IMG/VR virus record: IMGVR_UViG_3300008107_000013
DNA: 64,000 bases
Origin: an uncultured virus (IMG/VR IMGVR_UViG_3300008107_000013)
Taxonomy: Duplodnaviria > Heunggongvirae > Uroviricota > Caudoviricetes
Reading direction: 5' to 3' (one strand)
Shown: piece by piece, positions 30,201 to 39,872 of the stretch
Numbering within the stretch: the stretch's first letter is position 1
How the letters are laid out: every line of letters begins with the position of its first letter
Position numbers and translations under genes: made by a program
The notes under the pieces: generated by a model
Database searches by the model: none
Told to the model about the DNA's origin: nothing
Seen by the model: only the letters and a program-made list of their open reading frames with translations

Positions 30201-30959
30201 AATATAATCTTCTTTTACAAATGTACCTCTAACATTAGAGAGGTACATTATATCAATAAATTTGCCTTTAATATTTCTAGTAATAACAAACTCAACAAAT
30301 GCTTTAGCACCAGACTTGGAGCCGGTAACTTCTCTACCCACTAGCTCAACATTTCGAGATGATCTACTAATTTCTAGGTAAATAGGTATTGTCCATCTGC
30401 CATCAGATGTTTTTAAAATATCTTCTCCGGGATACGTAATCTCAACACTCTTATTAAATAGTAGTCTGAACAATAACTCTATTGATTGAGGTGTACCCTT
30501 GGATTTGAAGATATCTAAAGAAGCTTTAATTAGCCTTCTTTTATCTGTTTCAGATGTAAAGTCAATACCACTAAGAAACTTTTTGCTAAAGTAAACAAGA
30601 AACTCATCTACGGTAGTATCAATATCGCGGTATTCCGACAGTGATCGAGCTCTATAAATGCTCTGACCGGCAATGTTCTTATTAGTGACAGTTGTTGTTA
30701 CATTTGCTGTATTATTAGCGTATGATGTAGTGGTTGTGCCCTCAGTAAGCGCTGCATTACTTGTAGTATTGGATACGGAAGTAGAAGTAGTAGTGGCGTT
30801 AGAAGTAGATACTTCGGTTGTAACTAATGTTAGATTATTAAGTTGAAGCCAATTATAGTACTCTTCTATAAACCGAATAAAGTTTGGACCCTCTTCCTGA
30901 TAGAAATCAGGTAGATGAGTTTTTACAAACGGAGTTATTATTTTTTCTAATTCTTTCAT
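27282..30959 (-). CDS. gp7: Baseplate wedge initiator gp7-like
   Basis: LPDFY..F..FIEEYY.WL, DIDTT, SKGT..SI.LLFRLLF, C-terminal YYQDYSYVI..LHIAG; lies between gp6 and gp8. Confidence 0.8.
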   Translation of the reverse strand: MKELEKIITPFVKTHLPDFYQEEGPNFIRFIEEYYNWLQLNNLTLVTTEVSTSNATTTSTSVSNTTSNAALTEGTTTTSYANNTANVTTTVTNKNIAGQSIYRARSLSEYRDIDTTVDEFLVYFSKKFLSGIDFTSETDKRRLIKASLDIFKSKGTPQSIELLFRLLFNKSVEITYPGEDILKTSDGRWTIPIYLEISRSSRNVELVGREVTGSKSGAKAFVEFVITRNIKGKFIDIMYLSNVRGTFVKEDYITDDGILRNAPEVYGSLNSGIVTVPGVGFTVGEEVSIISDRGVEGTAVITGVDLQTGVVEFRIVESGWGYSTNTSLIVSTKVLFLANIINTDTSVTKFTQFERVQQNLHSISLSNVSASFVVGDTVKTPAGNSGIIVYSTYDPETLTAVIRVNTNSGNILSNSFLYDSQEILLALTSNSFIEGESVFQANSTATISIGTISTISNTITLAVTPGTIGTNGFSVGQFVKQNTSAANGFIVAVSANANFNPANVNHIVIGSISGTFDGTSIITAYGNTSNLTQITTATPNTVYTTKLIKVINLEGAPWDLSGYVKGSISGPNTLPVTVGYVSGKATTSSDITATGNVIGTNATSIGIISVNNTFYSTNGNFIVGLSSNSYANVTSISTGQGATLKVGSIVDPEVVRVSPDRFYSNNDNSIRFDGIGLLGNGAGYKTISDVLLVSGGSGYSNTDKITYTGTFGTGGYLPANGSLITDGSGTIVLVNVAANTGANLTSNPVVSVSNSTGGTPIGTGANLYSMFSYGFVKEEFGDASFPIFSLLRFENKTIGSIATLSGVNPGENYNTPPFVLALEDDVASYGKYNITIGLGNQNGAFSVGESIEQTISTPAFEVYSNNFSGNTANLYAVGENVYVTDGVNVTAEGTVVSTTLESATNTQITVIAPKTNDFGNAIQNTANAIFLFVDNNTLFDPGERILQGSPQFANGTIIASNSSLIVVDPTTANGTFITSNNGGSPVNEVYNTDGGYAIVSEARYSNAYSYKLFGTTTKGESFITDFNAYTSSALAKGRVLSKSNNTLTVKRLSLFTEFAPTTSNNLIGKTSGANASITFAYPDTTSNVAGFNAILSSNVVAASGGISNVSIKNSGFGHIDQEISTIRSLDGLREATIKLTSNNQGTGIPYYKDTKGFLSNNKYIYDGLYYQDYSYVINSELSFERYGDMLKEVLHIAGTNMIGGIKFVSTSNVQITVEPSSIEIS

Positions 30960-32749
30960 TCTCTAGCGCTAATCATTTCTACTAAAATATCACTATCTCT
31001 TATAGCAAGAATAGTATTTTTTAAAGAGGCAATATCTTTTTCTAATGGAGTAACGTATATCCTAAGAGCCGATCCAAAAAAAGAGGATACGTTAAAGTTG
31101 TTAAGATTAATCACTCCAGCGGAGTAATCAACTGAGCCGGCAAGAAGAATTCTTCTATGAGTATCGCTTGTTGAGGAAAAAATGTAAATATTGCCGTCAC
31201 CATCATCTTCTAATCTACAACTTAAACTACGATAAACAAACTCAGACGATAGCACGCCATGTTGCTCAGATCCTAGATGTCCGTCGGCCAGCTTATTTGT
31301 ACCATTAATTGCAATACCAAAATCTACTCTATAATTATTAGGAGTGTTAATTATAGGAATTATTTCTTTATATGGTGTAATGTTGGTATCATTACTAATA
31401 ATACTTGGATTAGAGGAGTCAATAGCATAAAGTAGTTTACTATACTTTAAAGTATTTTTAAATCTGTTTAAGTACGTCGTATTAAATCTACTAATTGCAG
31501 ATTTTACAATCGTTTCCATGTCCGTTGGCTTAAGAGTAGTGATGCCTACATTGTATTTAACAGTTGAATTAACCGTGCAGTATAAAAATTCTGGATCTAC
31601 TACTATAGGTTCAATCGAAAGCGGACATTTGGGAGTTAGATAATTAACAAATTTTTGCTTTGTAATTTCTGGTGTGCCGTCGGCATTTACTACATCTACA
31701 GCAATAAAAACTTTACCAAATTGCGGGGGGTCTAGTTCTTCGCCCCCGTAGGCAGAAATAGCTTGAATTTCTGGAAAATTTTGTTGTAATAGATTTTCAT
31801 AGTCTGTTGCAGTAACTGCACGCTCTTGATTTTGATAATGTCTAGTAGCGTTACGTTTAATAGATGCTAGCGATTCGCTAACTGCACCCCCTGATGCTGC
31901 AAAAATTGTTGAGATGGGAGTTATGTTTGCTTGATTTTGAACGGGACCATCAATATTAAAAACTGCTGATCCGTTTGGAAGCTCACCGTTGCAAGCTCTA
32001 TATCGTGCTACAACAACAGACCCTGCTAAAGGCATTCTTCCGCTGATGTTATCACCAAACAAAATTTCGTATTGGTCGTTAGTAGCAGCTTGTAAGAAAA
32101 ATACATTTGATGTAGGGGTCAGGCCTAGATAAGAATTTGCTTGCCTGTATTCTACAGGTGTAGCACCAGTACCAGAAACTATGCTAACAGTAAGGCTACT
32201 AAGATCTACTGTTTGATTAGACAAAACATATTTTATGTCTGAATTAGATGAGTAGACAAACGAATCAGAAGTATACGCACCTTCGTAAATATTTGTGGTA
32301 ACATAAAACTTACCATCTACTGTATTTGCATTAACAGTAATATTGTCAGCTATTGAAAATGTAAAGTTATTGCTACCAATTCTAGAAGTAAAGGTGGTTC
32401 CTTTTGGAACGACGATAGAGCCTAGAGCGGTAGAAGGAGTAATAGTAAACCCTACTCGCGCAATTGCTGACTTAAAAGATTGCGGAATATAATTTAACTC
32501 TTTAGCATGTGATACTATACTATCCCTTAAGTTTGCAGTATCTAAAAACATTTCACTAGCTACCATATTAAGGTAGAAATTATTTAAATACGTATTATAT
32601 GCAAGCAGATCGAGAAAGGCGCTAATATTAGACCCTTCGTAATTATAGTCTCTAAACGGTGAATCAGATCTTTTTAGATAATCTTTAAGATTATTTTTTA
32701 TATCGGAAAAATCAAGTCCGACAAGATTGATGGAACTATTAGCCATCAT
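30956..32749 (-). CDS. gp6: Baseplate wedge subunit gp6
   Basis: LDF.DIK.NLK, DYNYEGS, LAYNTY, EMFLDTA.LR.SIVSHAK.L.Y.P, Q.RAVTA.DY. Confidence 0.93.
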   Translation of the reverse strand: MMANSSINLVGLDFSDIKNNLKDYLKRSDSPFRDYNYEGSNISAFLDLLAYNTYLNNFYLNMVASEMFLDTANLRDSIVSHAKELNYIPQSFKSAIARVGFTITPSTALGSIVVPKGTTFTSRIGSNNFTFSIADNITVNANTVDGKFYVTTNIYEGAYTSDSFVYSSNSDIKYVLSNQTVDLSSLTVSIVSGTGATPVEYRQANSYLGLTPTSNVFFLQAATNDQYEILFGDNISGRMPLAGSVVVARYRACNGELPNGSAVFNIDGPVQNQANITPISTIFAASGGAVSESLASIKRNATRHYQNQERAVTATDYENLLQQNFPEIQAISAYGGEELDPPQFGKVFIAVDVVNADGTPEITKQKFVNYLTPKCPLSIEPIVVDPEFLYCTVNSTVKYNVGITTLKPTDMETIVKSAISRFNTTYLNRFKNTLKYSKLLYAIDSSNPSIISNDTNITPYKEIIPIINTPNNYRVDFGIAINGTNKLADGHLGSEQHGVLSSEFVYRSLSCRLEDDGDGNIYIFSSTSDTHRRILLAGSVDYSAGVINLNNFNVSSFFGSALRIYVTPLEKDIASLKNTILAIRDSDILVEMISARE

Positions 32750-33174
32750 CTAGTCCTTTCTAATAGCATTTCTAGGAAAATTGTATCGTTATTATTTATT
32801 GTGGAAAAAGCAACAGTTACGCTGTATGCGTTTAGATCGGGCACCCCTGTTACAAGTACCTGCCTTAATTTTGCTCTAGGTTCGTAGTTTTGAATTGCTG
32901 TCTCTACAAATGTTTTCAAATTTTGTTCAGTTACAGGAGACATATTCTCAAAAAGAATTGCTCTAATATCACTACCTAAAAGAGGTTTAAACAATCTCTC
33001 GCCCCTGTTGGTTAGAAGTATATTGCGAATTGAACGCTTTACAGACTCATCATTAACATGTCTTACCAAATCTTTTTTATTTGGATGTACGTCTAGATTA
33101 GAAAATATATCAGAATAAATTATATCGTTATTAAGAGTTCTGTTTTGCGGTCTTGATAATTGTACTTTAGCCAT
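32746..33174 (-). CDS. gp25: Baseplate wedge subunit gp25
   Basis: SVKRSIRNILLT..GERLF.P.LGS..LFE..YEPRA. Confidence 0.92.
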   Translation of the reverse strand: MAKVQLSRPQNRTLNNDIIYSDIFSNLDVHPNKKDLVRHVNDESVKRSIRNILLTNRGERLFKPLLGSDIRAILFENMSPVTEQNLKTFVETAIQNYEPRAKLRQVLVTGVPDLNAYSVTVAFSTINNNDTIFLEMLLERTR

Positions 33175-33450
33175 TTAATCTCCTACGAACACATTTGGTG
33201 AGCCGCCTGCCGTGGGCGATACAGTGTGAGGGAACGCGTCGGGGGTAGAAGTATCTGGAGTATGATTAACTACTAAAATTCCTTCAGCATAAACTTGTCT
33301 GCATGCAGCGATCAAACTACCACCTCCGTGAGTGTTTGGATCACCGTTAACTGAAACTAAAAGTTGATTAGCAAAAACAGTCCCCTGCCCTACCGCTATT
33401 GTACTTGCACCACATCCTCTTGGATCAGTATTTCTATGAATTGCTGGCAT
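33175..33450 (-). CDS. PAAR-type spike tip protein (gp5.4-like)
   Basis: MPAIHR..D...CGA..VFAN..GD..H..GSPNVFVG. Confidence 0.85.
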   Translation of the reverse strand: MPAIHRNTDPRGCGASTIAVGQGTVFANQLLVSVNGDPNTHGGGSLIAACRQVYAEGILVVNHTPDTSTPDAFPHTVSPTAGGSPNVFVGD

Positions 33451-33471
33451 AATTGTCTTTTATTAGTTTTT

Positions 33472-34377
33472 TTATTGCCATTGAGATTCTATAGCATCAG
33501 CTGGAGCAGCGACCCCGGAGTTAAGATCTATTCTAGGAGCATCAACTGCGTAATTACCGCCAGTTTTTGTATCCATCTTTCCTCCAACGTTTAAATCGTG
33601 TACACCGCCCACCTTTCGTGTTACATTACCCCCTACCGTATAATCGTAGTTACCATCTACCTGAAGAGTGTAATTTCCTAAAACGTGTTGATCCCAGTTG
33701 CCATCTACCTTAATGTTAACGTTACCGTCAACTTTAATATTAACATCACCTATAACATGAACGTCTTTATTCTGCAATACAACTTCGTAGCTGTTATCTA
33801 CACATTTATGAACTAGTCTTCCTACTTCATCAATCTCCCAGTATGTTCCCGTTGTATGGAACACATGAATTCTTTCTTTACCTGGAGTATCGTCAACCTC
33901 AATAACATGTCCGTTTTCTGTTCTAAGGACCTTGTTCATCGGGTATTTAGTAGCGTAAGCAGAATACGGTTCTCCACGAAACGGTAAGTTAATAGGGTCA
34001 AATTCTTTTTTCTCTACAACCTCATTGATCTCTCTAGCTTCTGGAGGTATATCGTTTTCTCCCTGTTGAATAGAAGCTATCGTTCCCATAATAACAGGCT
34101 GATTACCGTCGTTTCCGTCAATATAAAATCCTATTACTATAGAATCATTCATAATACCGGTAGGTGATCGACCTATTTTAATATGCCCGGCACTATTAGG
34201 AGATCCTAGAATAGTAGCCCAGGGCAGCTCTTCCGTAGCAATTAACGCACGAGACTCTGGATGAATGTTATACATTCTTACTTTAACCCGTCCAAGCATA
34301 GAAGGATCACTATCTCTATCTTCTACCTTACCAATAAACCATCTAAAACCTTCAGCACCTAATCCAAATGTACTCAT
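33472..34377 (-). CDS. gp5: Baseplate central spike gp5 (OB fold + beta-helix, no lysozyme domain)
   Basis: WFIG.VEDR..DP..LGRVKVR, LPWA, YP.N.V..T..GH..E.DDTPG.ERI..H, V.GN repeats. Confidence 0.92.
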   Translation of the reverse strand: MSTFGLGAEGFRWFIGKVEDRDSDPSMLGRVKVRMYNIHPESRALIATEELPWATILGSPNSAGHIKIGRSPTGIMNDSIVIGFYIDGNDGNQPVIMGTIASIQQGENDIPPEAREINEVVEKKEFDPINLPFRGEPYSAYATKYPMNKVLRTENGHVIEVDDTPGKERIHVFHTTGTYWEIDEVGRLVHKCVDNSYEVVLQNKDVHVIGDVNIKVDGNVNIKVDGNWDQHVLGNYTLQVDGNYDYTVGGNVTRKVGGVHDLNVGGKMDTKTGGNYAVDAPRIDLNSGVAAPADAIESQWQ

Positions 34378-35627
34378 AAATTTAACCCCACCATGTTGCA
34401 GTCAAAAGAAACGTCGTGTTTAATATTATCTTTGTTTATATGTATTATGTGTCTTAAACGAGTAATTAAATAATTACCAGTATACACTTTATCATATTGA
34501 ATATTGTCTGTAAATCCAGCCGCGTCTGGAATATTAAGAGTTACTACATCCCCAGCTTTAAGTAAGTTGTCTCCTCTCGCCATACATCTTACAATGTTCT
34601 GCTGAAACATTGCTTCAAAAGCGCTTTGAGAGCCCCTATAATCGGGAATAAAATCTGTAAATCTATCTGAGTCAATCGGCATAAAATACTTTACGCTTGG
34701 GCCGTCTGTCATCTTACTTACAAAAGAATCTGAATTTGGACTTGATGCTGTAGATGTACCTCCGTTTTGAATAATTTGATCACCTTGTGAACTAAACAAA
34801 TATGGAACGTCTACAACGTCTTTAGTAAAAATGTCCCATGTCTTAACATTATTACTAAACGTACCTGCTACCAGTTTAGACACGGTGTCAACTTTTTGTA
34901 AGTGCTCGTAGCGAGTAAGATTTCTCCAAGATTTTTTTTCTCTAACTGAGTCTGTTTGTGTATCAGTTGCATTAGTAAATATTTTATTCCCAATTTTGGA
35001 TACACCATCTCTAAAAAGACCCTCTATAGATCTAAAATGAAATCCGTCTTGATTTTCAAAAAAGACAAAAAATCCTCCGGTTGGAAAAGAAGCTGAAACA
35101 GATTTTTGCTTTAAATAATCTATTGCTTTTAATGGGCTGGTACTAGGCATTGCTACCGGTATAATGCCTTTAGTAGACTCTAATGCAATTTTTTTAGAAG
35201 TATTTAAATAGTTTTTACAAATACTGCTTACAAGAGAAGAGCAACTATCTTTAAAATATCTTTCTACGTTTACTATACTGTTAATGTAATGTTCAACAGA
35301 TGTGCATTTTATGGTATAAGTGGATAATTTATTATTGTTAGGAATAGTTACGCCTTGAATACCGTAAACAACAAAATTATATGTTGTAATTTTAGAATTT
35401 CCTTTAGTAAAAAAGGAAAGGGTAACGGTCTCTTCACCTTTTAATTTTAAAAATTTAGCTAGATTTATAGCATCTATAACTATAATTTCACAATATAAAG
35501 TTGGCTGGTAGATATCTTCAAAAATTGAAGCAGCAACAGCTTGACCTCTTAAATCTACAGTACCAGCGTCTGCTTTAAGTTTAAAATCAACTATATCTAC
35601 ATCACCTAGTTCGTAGCGTTCGGTCAT
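34374..35627 (-). CDS. Baseplate hub protein (gp27-like)
   Basis: IFEDI..P, FVFFEN..GFHFRSIE.L, GD..LKAGDVV.L, GNYLIT.LRH; lies between gp53 and gp5. Confidence 0.7.
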   Translation of the reverse strand: MTERYELGDVDIVDFKLKADAGTVDLRGQAVAASIFEDIYQPTLYCEIIVIDAINLAKFLKLKGEETVTLSFFTKGNSKITTYNFVVYGIQGVTIPNNNKLSTYTIKCTSVEHYINSIVNVERYFKDSCSSLVSSICKNYLNTSKKIALESTKGIIPVAMPSTSPLKAIDYLKQKSVSASFPTGGFFVFFENQDGFHFRSIEGLFRDGVSKIGNKIFTNATDTQTDSVREKKSWRNLTRYEHLQKVDTVSKLVAGTFSNNVKTWDIFTKDVVDVPYLFSSQGDQIIQNGGTSTASSPNSDSFVSKMTDGPSVKYFMPIDSDRFTDFIPDYRGSQSAFEAMFQQNIVRCMARGDNLLKAGDVVTLNIPDAAGFTDNIQYDKVYTGNYLITRLRHIIHINKDNIKHDVSFDCNMVGLNL

Positions 35628-36490
35628 AAAAGTATATCTAAATCTTTTTCTATTTGCGTAACAAAACTTTTGTCTACTAGTTTAATAAATTTTTTAGATT
35701 CATTTAATAAAGTTTCATTCTTAAACGCAGATACAGGCTCCCAGTAAACTGCAACAGAATTAGCTATTGAGGATACTATAGTAGATACAGATGTAAGAGA
35801 AGTGTTAACAGAAGAATTATCTATTATAACGTTACCATTTGCACCCTGACTTGGAGTAAAAGCGCCTCCAACGTGCTGAATAATGATTTTATTGTCGGCT
35901 GTGTTTACATGCTTGACTGTTGCTTGTGCGATCTGGGTTGTTGTGTTAGATTGTTTTATAATATTTTCTACAGAAAAAATACTGGCATTACTAACAGCCA
36001 GCTCCTGGGTGGTGTTTGTTTCTCGTATCTCACTTATTTCTTTTCTTCTATAACTAGTAACCTGATTATTATATCCTAGTATGGGAGCCCAGTATTTTTT
36101 ACCAGCAGAATGAAGACTGGTATATTGTGATAGAGAAATTATTGATTCATCATTAACCCAGTTATTTCTCCAGTATACTATTTTCTTGTTTGCTGCTTCT
36201 ATAGAGCCGTACTTTTTACTAACAAATTCTTTAAAAACATTGTCTTGCATAATCCAATCATAATACGGATCGTAGATATCATTACTTAAAAATACTAACC
36301 AGACATATCTAGGATCGTCGTAATAAAACTGAGCAATTTGCTCAGGTCGCTCCCCTTCTTTAATTATATAAGGATAAAACACCACCTTTTTATCTTTAGC
36401 AAGCTCTTTAAATTTTATTCTTGTAGTAATATTTTGAGCAAGGCTTTCTCCATAATTTACAATTGGGTATCTTGAAAGTAAGTTATACAT
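35624..36490 (-). CDS. gp53: Baseplate wedge protein gp53
   Basis: Y.IKEGERPEQIA..YY.DP...WLVFLSN.I.DPYYDW (LysM-like). Confidence 0.88.
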   Translation of the reverse strand: MYNLLSRYPIVNYGESLAQNITTRIKFKELAKDKKVVFYPYIIKEGERPEQIAQFYYDDPRYVWLVFLSNDIYDPYYDWIMQDNVFKEFVSKKYGSIEAANKKIVYWRNNWVNDESIISLSQYTSLHSAGKKYWAPILGYNNQVTSYRRKEISEIRETNTTQELAVSNASIFSVENIIKQSNTTTQIAQATVKHVNTADNKIIIQHVGGAFTPSQGANGNVIIDNSSVNTSLTSVSTIVSSIANSVAVYWEPVSAFKNETLLNESKKFIKLVDKSFVTQIEKDLDILL

Positions 36491-37872
36491 TATATACTCT
36501 CCGGGTAGATAACATCGTCACCATAAAATCCGCCGTTTTGAGCTTCAACATCATCCCCGTTAGTAAAATACCCTTCCTGTTGCTGCTGATCGCCGTAAAA
36601 GCCTCCTTCTTGGGAGTCGGCATCACCATTGCTAAATCCTACGTTACCTCCTCCTCCGTAAAAGCCTCCATCTTGAGCGTCAACATCTCCACTGAACAAT
36701 CCTCCTCCTTCACCAATTGAACCAAAGCCGCCAATGGATCCTTCAGTGAGCGAGGACATGCCGCCGCCCCCCGCGTAAGAAGCAAAAGCATCCTGAAAAA
36801 ATTCTTTGGTGACTGGGACACGCTCTCTAAAGTTAAGTGTTACTTCTATTTCTGCAGGGTACTGACCACCTTTAAAAAACGCAGGAGTATTAGATGGTGC
36901 ATAATTAACTGTCATTGATTCTAAGAATGATTGTTCAAACTTATATGGCATTGCGCTATCTGGAGCAAATCCAATCTGGCATACATCCGGATAGGTTAGC
37001 AATAATCCATCTTTTTCCGGGTGCATTCTAATTTTAAACTCATTTATTATTTCTTTTAGGGCAGCAGCTTCACTTTCTGACTTTGGAGAAAATCTATAGC
37101 TAAACGTATGAGCTCTTAACTGTATGCCGTCAAATTGTAATGCTTGATAAGGATTAAGAACGGCACCTGTTGCTTTTTCAACCGCTGAAAGCACAATAGC
37201 GTCACCTAATACAGTTCTTACGCCAAATTGAACTGCCCCTAAGAGCTTTGAATTAGTATTTTTTCCCTCATTAATAATACCTTGAACATAATCACGAGTT
37301 TTATCTATACCAGCTTGCTGACCTGCCGCCATTGTAGAAAGCGTATCAATATCAAATGCACCAGCTTTTTCTAAAAATCCTAAAACCGTGCCATATTTTT
37401 TCTCGTTGTACTGCATGTTAAATTGCTCTACTAAATTGGTAGGAATAGGTAAAACAATTAATACTGAGGGTTTGTTTCTTCTAGGCGTAAGAGGTGTAGG
37501 TCTTACTACTTCTTGAAAATAAAAAGAAATAAATTGATTGAGAGATGTGACCTCTTCTGGATATTGCATAACAGATGCCATTCCAGATGATTTGCTTCTT
37601 GCTTCTTCTGGAAATATAGCGCCTACTATCGAATCCGGTGCATCTTCTACTGATCCGTAAAATCCACCATCTTGTGAGTCAGCGTCACCACTGCTGAAAC
37701 CAGCGTTTCCTCCGCCCCCATAGAATCCTCCTTCTTGGGAGTCTGCGTCTACATATCCGGTAGGGTCAGGAGGAGGTGCACCAAATGGATCATCGTCTCC
37801 TGGGGCTCCAGTCCACTGTCCGCCAACGTCCTGATCTTCTGAGAAATAGGTGTGTCTGTCGAATTCTGCCAT
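36490..37872 (-). CDS. gp48: Baseplate tail-tube cap gp48 with acidic DxDxQxGGFYG repeats at both termini
   Basis: LPIPTNL, NPY..L.F.G..LR.H.FSY.FSPKS..EA, I...FK..MHP, L..M.VNYAP, L.F.E. Confidence 0.85.
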   Translation of the reverse strand: MAEFDRHTYFSEDQDVGGQWTGAPGDDDPFGAPPPDPTGYVDADSQEGGFYGGGGNAGFSSGDADSQDGGFYGSVEDAPDSIVGAIFPEEARSKSSGMASVMQYPEEVTSLNQFISFYFQEVVRPTPLTPRRNKPSVLIVLPIPTNLVEQFNMQYNEKKYGTVLGFLEKAGAFDIDTLSTMAAGQQAGIDKTRDYVQGIINEGKNTNSKLLGAVQFGVRTVLGDAIVLSAVEKATGAVLNPYQALQFDGIQLRAHTFSYRFSPKSESEAAALKEIINEFKIRMHPEKDGLLLTYPDVCQIGFAPDSAMPYKFEQSFLESMTVNYAPSNTPAFFKGGQYPAEIEVTLNFRERVPVTKEFFQDAFASYAGGGGMSSLTEGSIGGFGSIGEGGGLFSGDVDAQDGGFYGGGGNVGFSNGDADSQEGGFYGDQQQQEGYFTNGDDVEAQNGGFYGDDVIYPESI

Positions 37873-37877
37873 AAATA
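37870..37877 (+). promoter_or_regulatory. T4-type late promoter variant (CATAAATA) for the gp4 operon
   Basis: CATAAATA 5 nt upstream of ATG 37883 at the divergent strand switch. Confidence 0.55.
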
Positions 37878-37882
37878 CTTTT

Positions 37883-38359
37883 ATGAGTTATAAGGGGTTG
37901 TTTAAGCCAAGAAATCCAAATAAGTACAGAGGAGATCCGACTAATATTATTTATAGGAGCTCGTACGAACTTCGTCTTATGTCTTATTTAGATGCACATC
38001 AAGACGTGCTTGAATGGTCTAGTGAAGAAATTGCTATTCCGTACCGTTCCCCTATAGATAATAGAATACATCGATATTTTCCAGATTTTTTTGTTCGTAG
38101 AAAAACAGTAGATAATCTCATCGAGTCTGTTATAATAGAGGTCAAGCCGTACATTCAAGTAAAAGAGCCAAAGCCAATTATTAAAGGCTCTAAGCCGACA
38201 CGAAGATATCTAAGAGAAGTGCAGACTTGGGGAGTTAATAGTGCAAAATGGGTTGCTGCAGAGCAGTACTGTAAGCAAAGAGAGTGGAAATTTCAAATAT
38301 TAACAGAAAAAGATTTAGGTATAAACAATGGCAAACGTATTCGACAAAATACTAAGTGA
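37883..38359 (+). CDS. gp4: Head completion nuclease gp4
   Basis: MSYKG.FKP.NP.KY.GD..NIIYRS..E, WSSEE..IPY.SP.D...HRYFPDF, IEVKP. Start taken as ATG 37883 rather than the track's GTG at 37850. Confidence 0.92.
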   Translation: MSYKGLFKPRNPNKYRGDPTNIIYRSSYELRLMSYLDAHQDVLEWSSEEIAIPYRSPIDNRIHRYFPDFFVRRKTVDNLIESVIIEVKPYIQVKEPKPIIKGSKPTRRYLREVQTWGVNSAKWVAAEQYCKQREWKFQILTEKDLGINNGKRIRQNTK

Positions 38360-38927
38360 TAGTGCAACAAGAGGAATAGTACCTTCAAGAACGGTAGATG
38401 CAAGAAATTGGTTTCGCTCAGAAGCACAAAAAGTAGGAGCTAGAAGTGCATCACCTAGCCGACTTATAGGTCAACTAGAAACTCAATCGGTTGAAGGTAT
38501 ATCAATGGGAAGTATGTACTTGTTTGGCTACGATCCAAAATTAAAATCAAGCTTACCTTACTACGACCGCTTTCCCTTAATCTTTCCTTTTGCGGGAGCT
38601 CCTGGCGGCTTTTACGGGTTAAATGTTCATTACTTACCTCTGGTAATGAGAGCGAGATTAATGGATGCACTTTACTCTCTCACTAGCAATAAAAAATATG
38701 ATAGTTCTACAGTTCTTAAACTCTCGTACGATGTTTTAAGTAGAGCTTCAAAATTTAGGTATTTTAAACCATGTGTAAAGCACTATCTAAATAAACATGT
38801 GAGGACTGACTTTATTTTAATTGATCCAAAGCAGTGGGATATAGCTCTCTTTTTACCGCTTCAAAGATTTGCTAAAGCTGACGCTGCTAAGGTATATTCA
38901 GATTCACAAAAAATAATTAACGGTTAG
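38328..38927 (+). CDS. gp2: DNA end protector protein gp2
   Basis: G.MYLF.YDPK.K..LPYYDRFPL, GLN.HYLP..RA.L, PCVKHYL..HV. Confidence 0.92.
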   Translation: MANVFDKILSDSATRGIVPSRTVDARNWFRSEAQKVGARSASPSRLIGQLETQSVEGISMGSMYLFGYDPKLKSSLPYYDRFPLIFPFAGAPGGFYGLNVHYLPLVMRARLMDALYSLTSNKKYDSSTVLKLSYDVLSRASKFRYFKPCVKHYLNKHVRTDFILIDPKQWDIALFLPLQRFAKADAAKVYSDSQKIING

Positions 38928-38934
38928 GAACAAT

Positions 38935-39864
38935 ATGGGCTTAAACATAGGCAAATTTATTGCCAAAGGCGCTGGAATTGCTAGAGATGGTCTGGGCGCA
39001 GTCAATGCAATCAAAGATACACTTAAACCATTTTTGCCGCCAGGCCTTGTGAAAGCAATAGAAAAGTTTTTAGGCTTTGTTGAATCACCTGACTCGCTAA
39101 CCGATCTTAACAAATTTAGATCAACAATAGCAGGCAAAAACGGACTTTTAAGAACTAATAAATTTTACGTAGAAATAAATCCCCCTCCAATGATGGCGGG
39201 CGCGGCTACTGAGATAGCAAGAGTTATTCCATTTCTAACAGAGGCAACAAACATTCCTGGTATGTCATTAGCCACTTCTGAAATTAGAAGATATGGGTAT
39301 GGTCCAATTGAACGTAAACCATATGCCCCCGTATTTACAGATCAAACGTTTACTTTCTTAGGTGATGGTACAGGACAGATACATCAATTTTTTTATAGCT
39401 GGATGAACGGAATAGTAAAATCAGATCGTATGCCATACTCCTCTTTTGGTGTTGGGTTCAACGGTCTAAAGCCATTTGAAGTCGAATTTAAAAATCAATA
39501 CGCTACTGAAATTCGGATTACAGTATTAGATGAAGCAAATAAAAAAGTTATTGTCGTTAATCTTCACGAAGCATATCCTATCTTTTTAGGAGATGTAGCT
39601 TTATCCTGGGCAGATAATGATAGTATTATGCGAATCCCTGTTACATTTACATACTATAACTGGAGCCTGGAAGAAATTGACCTTACAGGATTACTTGATG
39701 GTGCGTCATCTGGAGGTTTGTCTCTTCTTCAAAAAATATTAAAGGTAGGTTCAGCTATTCAAACGATTAGTACAATTAGAAAGCCGACTGGAGTTGCTGA
39801 TGTAATTAATGTAATTGGTAATGCCAAAAAAGCTATAGGTGGGTTGTCTGGAATATTCTCATAG
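38935..39864 (+). CDS. Tail tube initiator gp54 / gp19-like protein
   Basis: GLLR.NKF.V.I, E.TNIPG.SL.T, FFY.WMN.I, L.EAYP..L....LSW, VTFTY..W. Confidence 0.8.
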   Translation: MGLNIGKFIAKGAGIARDGLGAVNAIKDTLKPFLPPGLVKAIEKFLGFVESPDSLTDLNKFRSTIAGKNGLLRTNKFYVEINPPPMMAGAATEIARVIPFLTEATNIPGMSLATSEIRRYGYGPIERKPYAPVFTDQTFTFLGDGTGQIHQFFYSWMNGIVKSDRMPYSSFGVGFNGLKPFEVEFKNQYATEIRITVLDEANKKVIVVNLHEAYPIFLGDVALSWADNDSIMRIPVTFTYYNWSLEEIDLTGLLDGASSGGLSLLQKILKVGSAIQTISTIRKPTGVADVINVIGNAKKAIGGLSGIFS

Positions 39865-39872
39865 GAGTTAAA

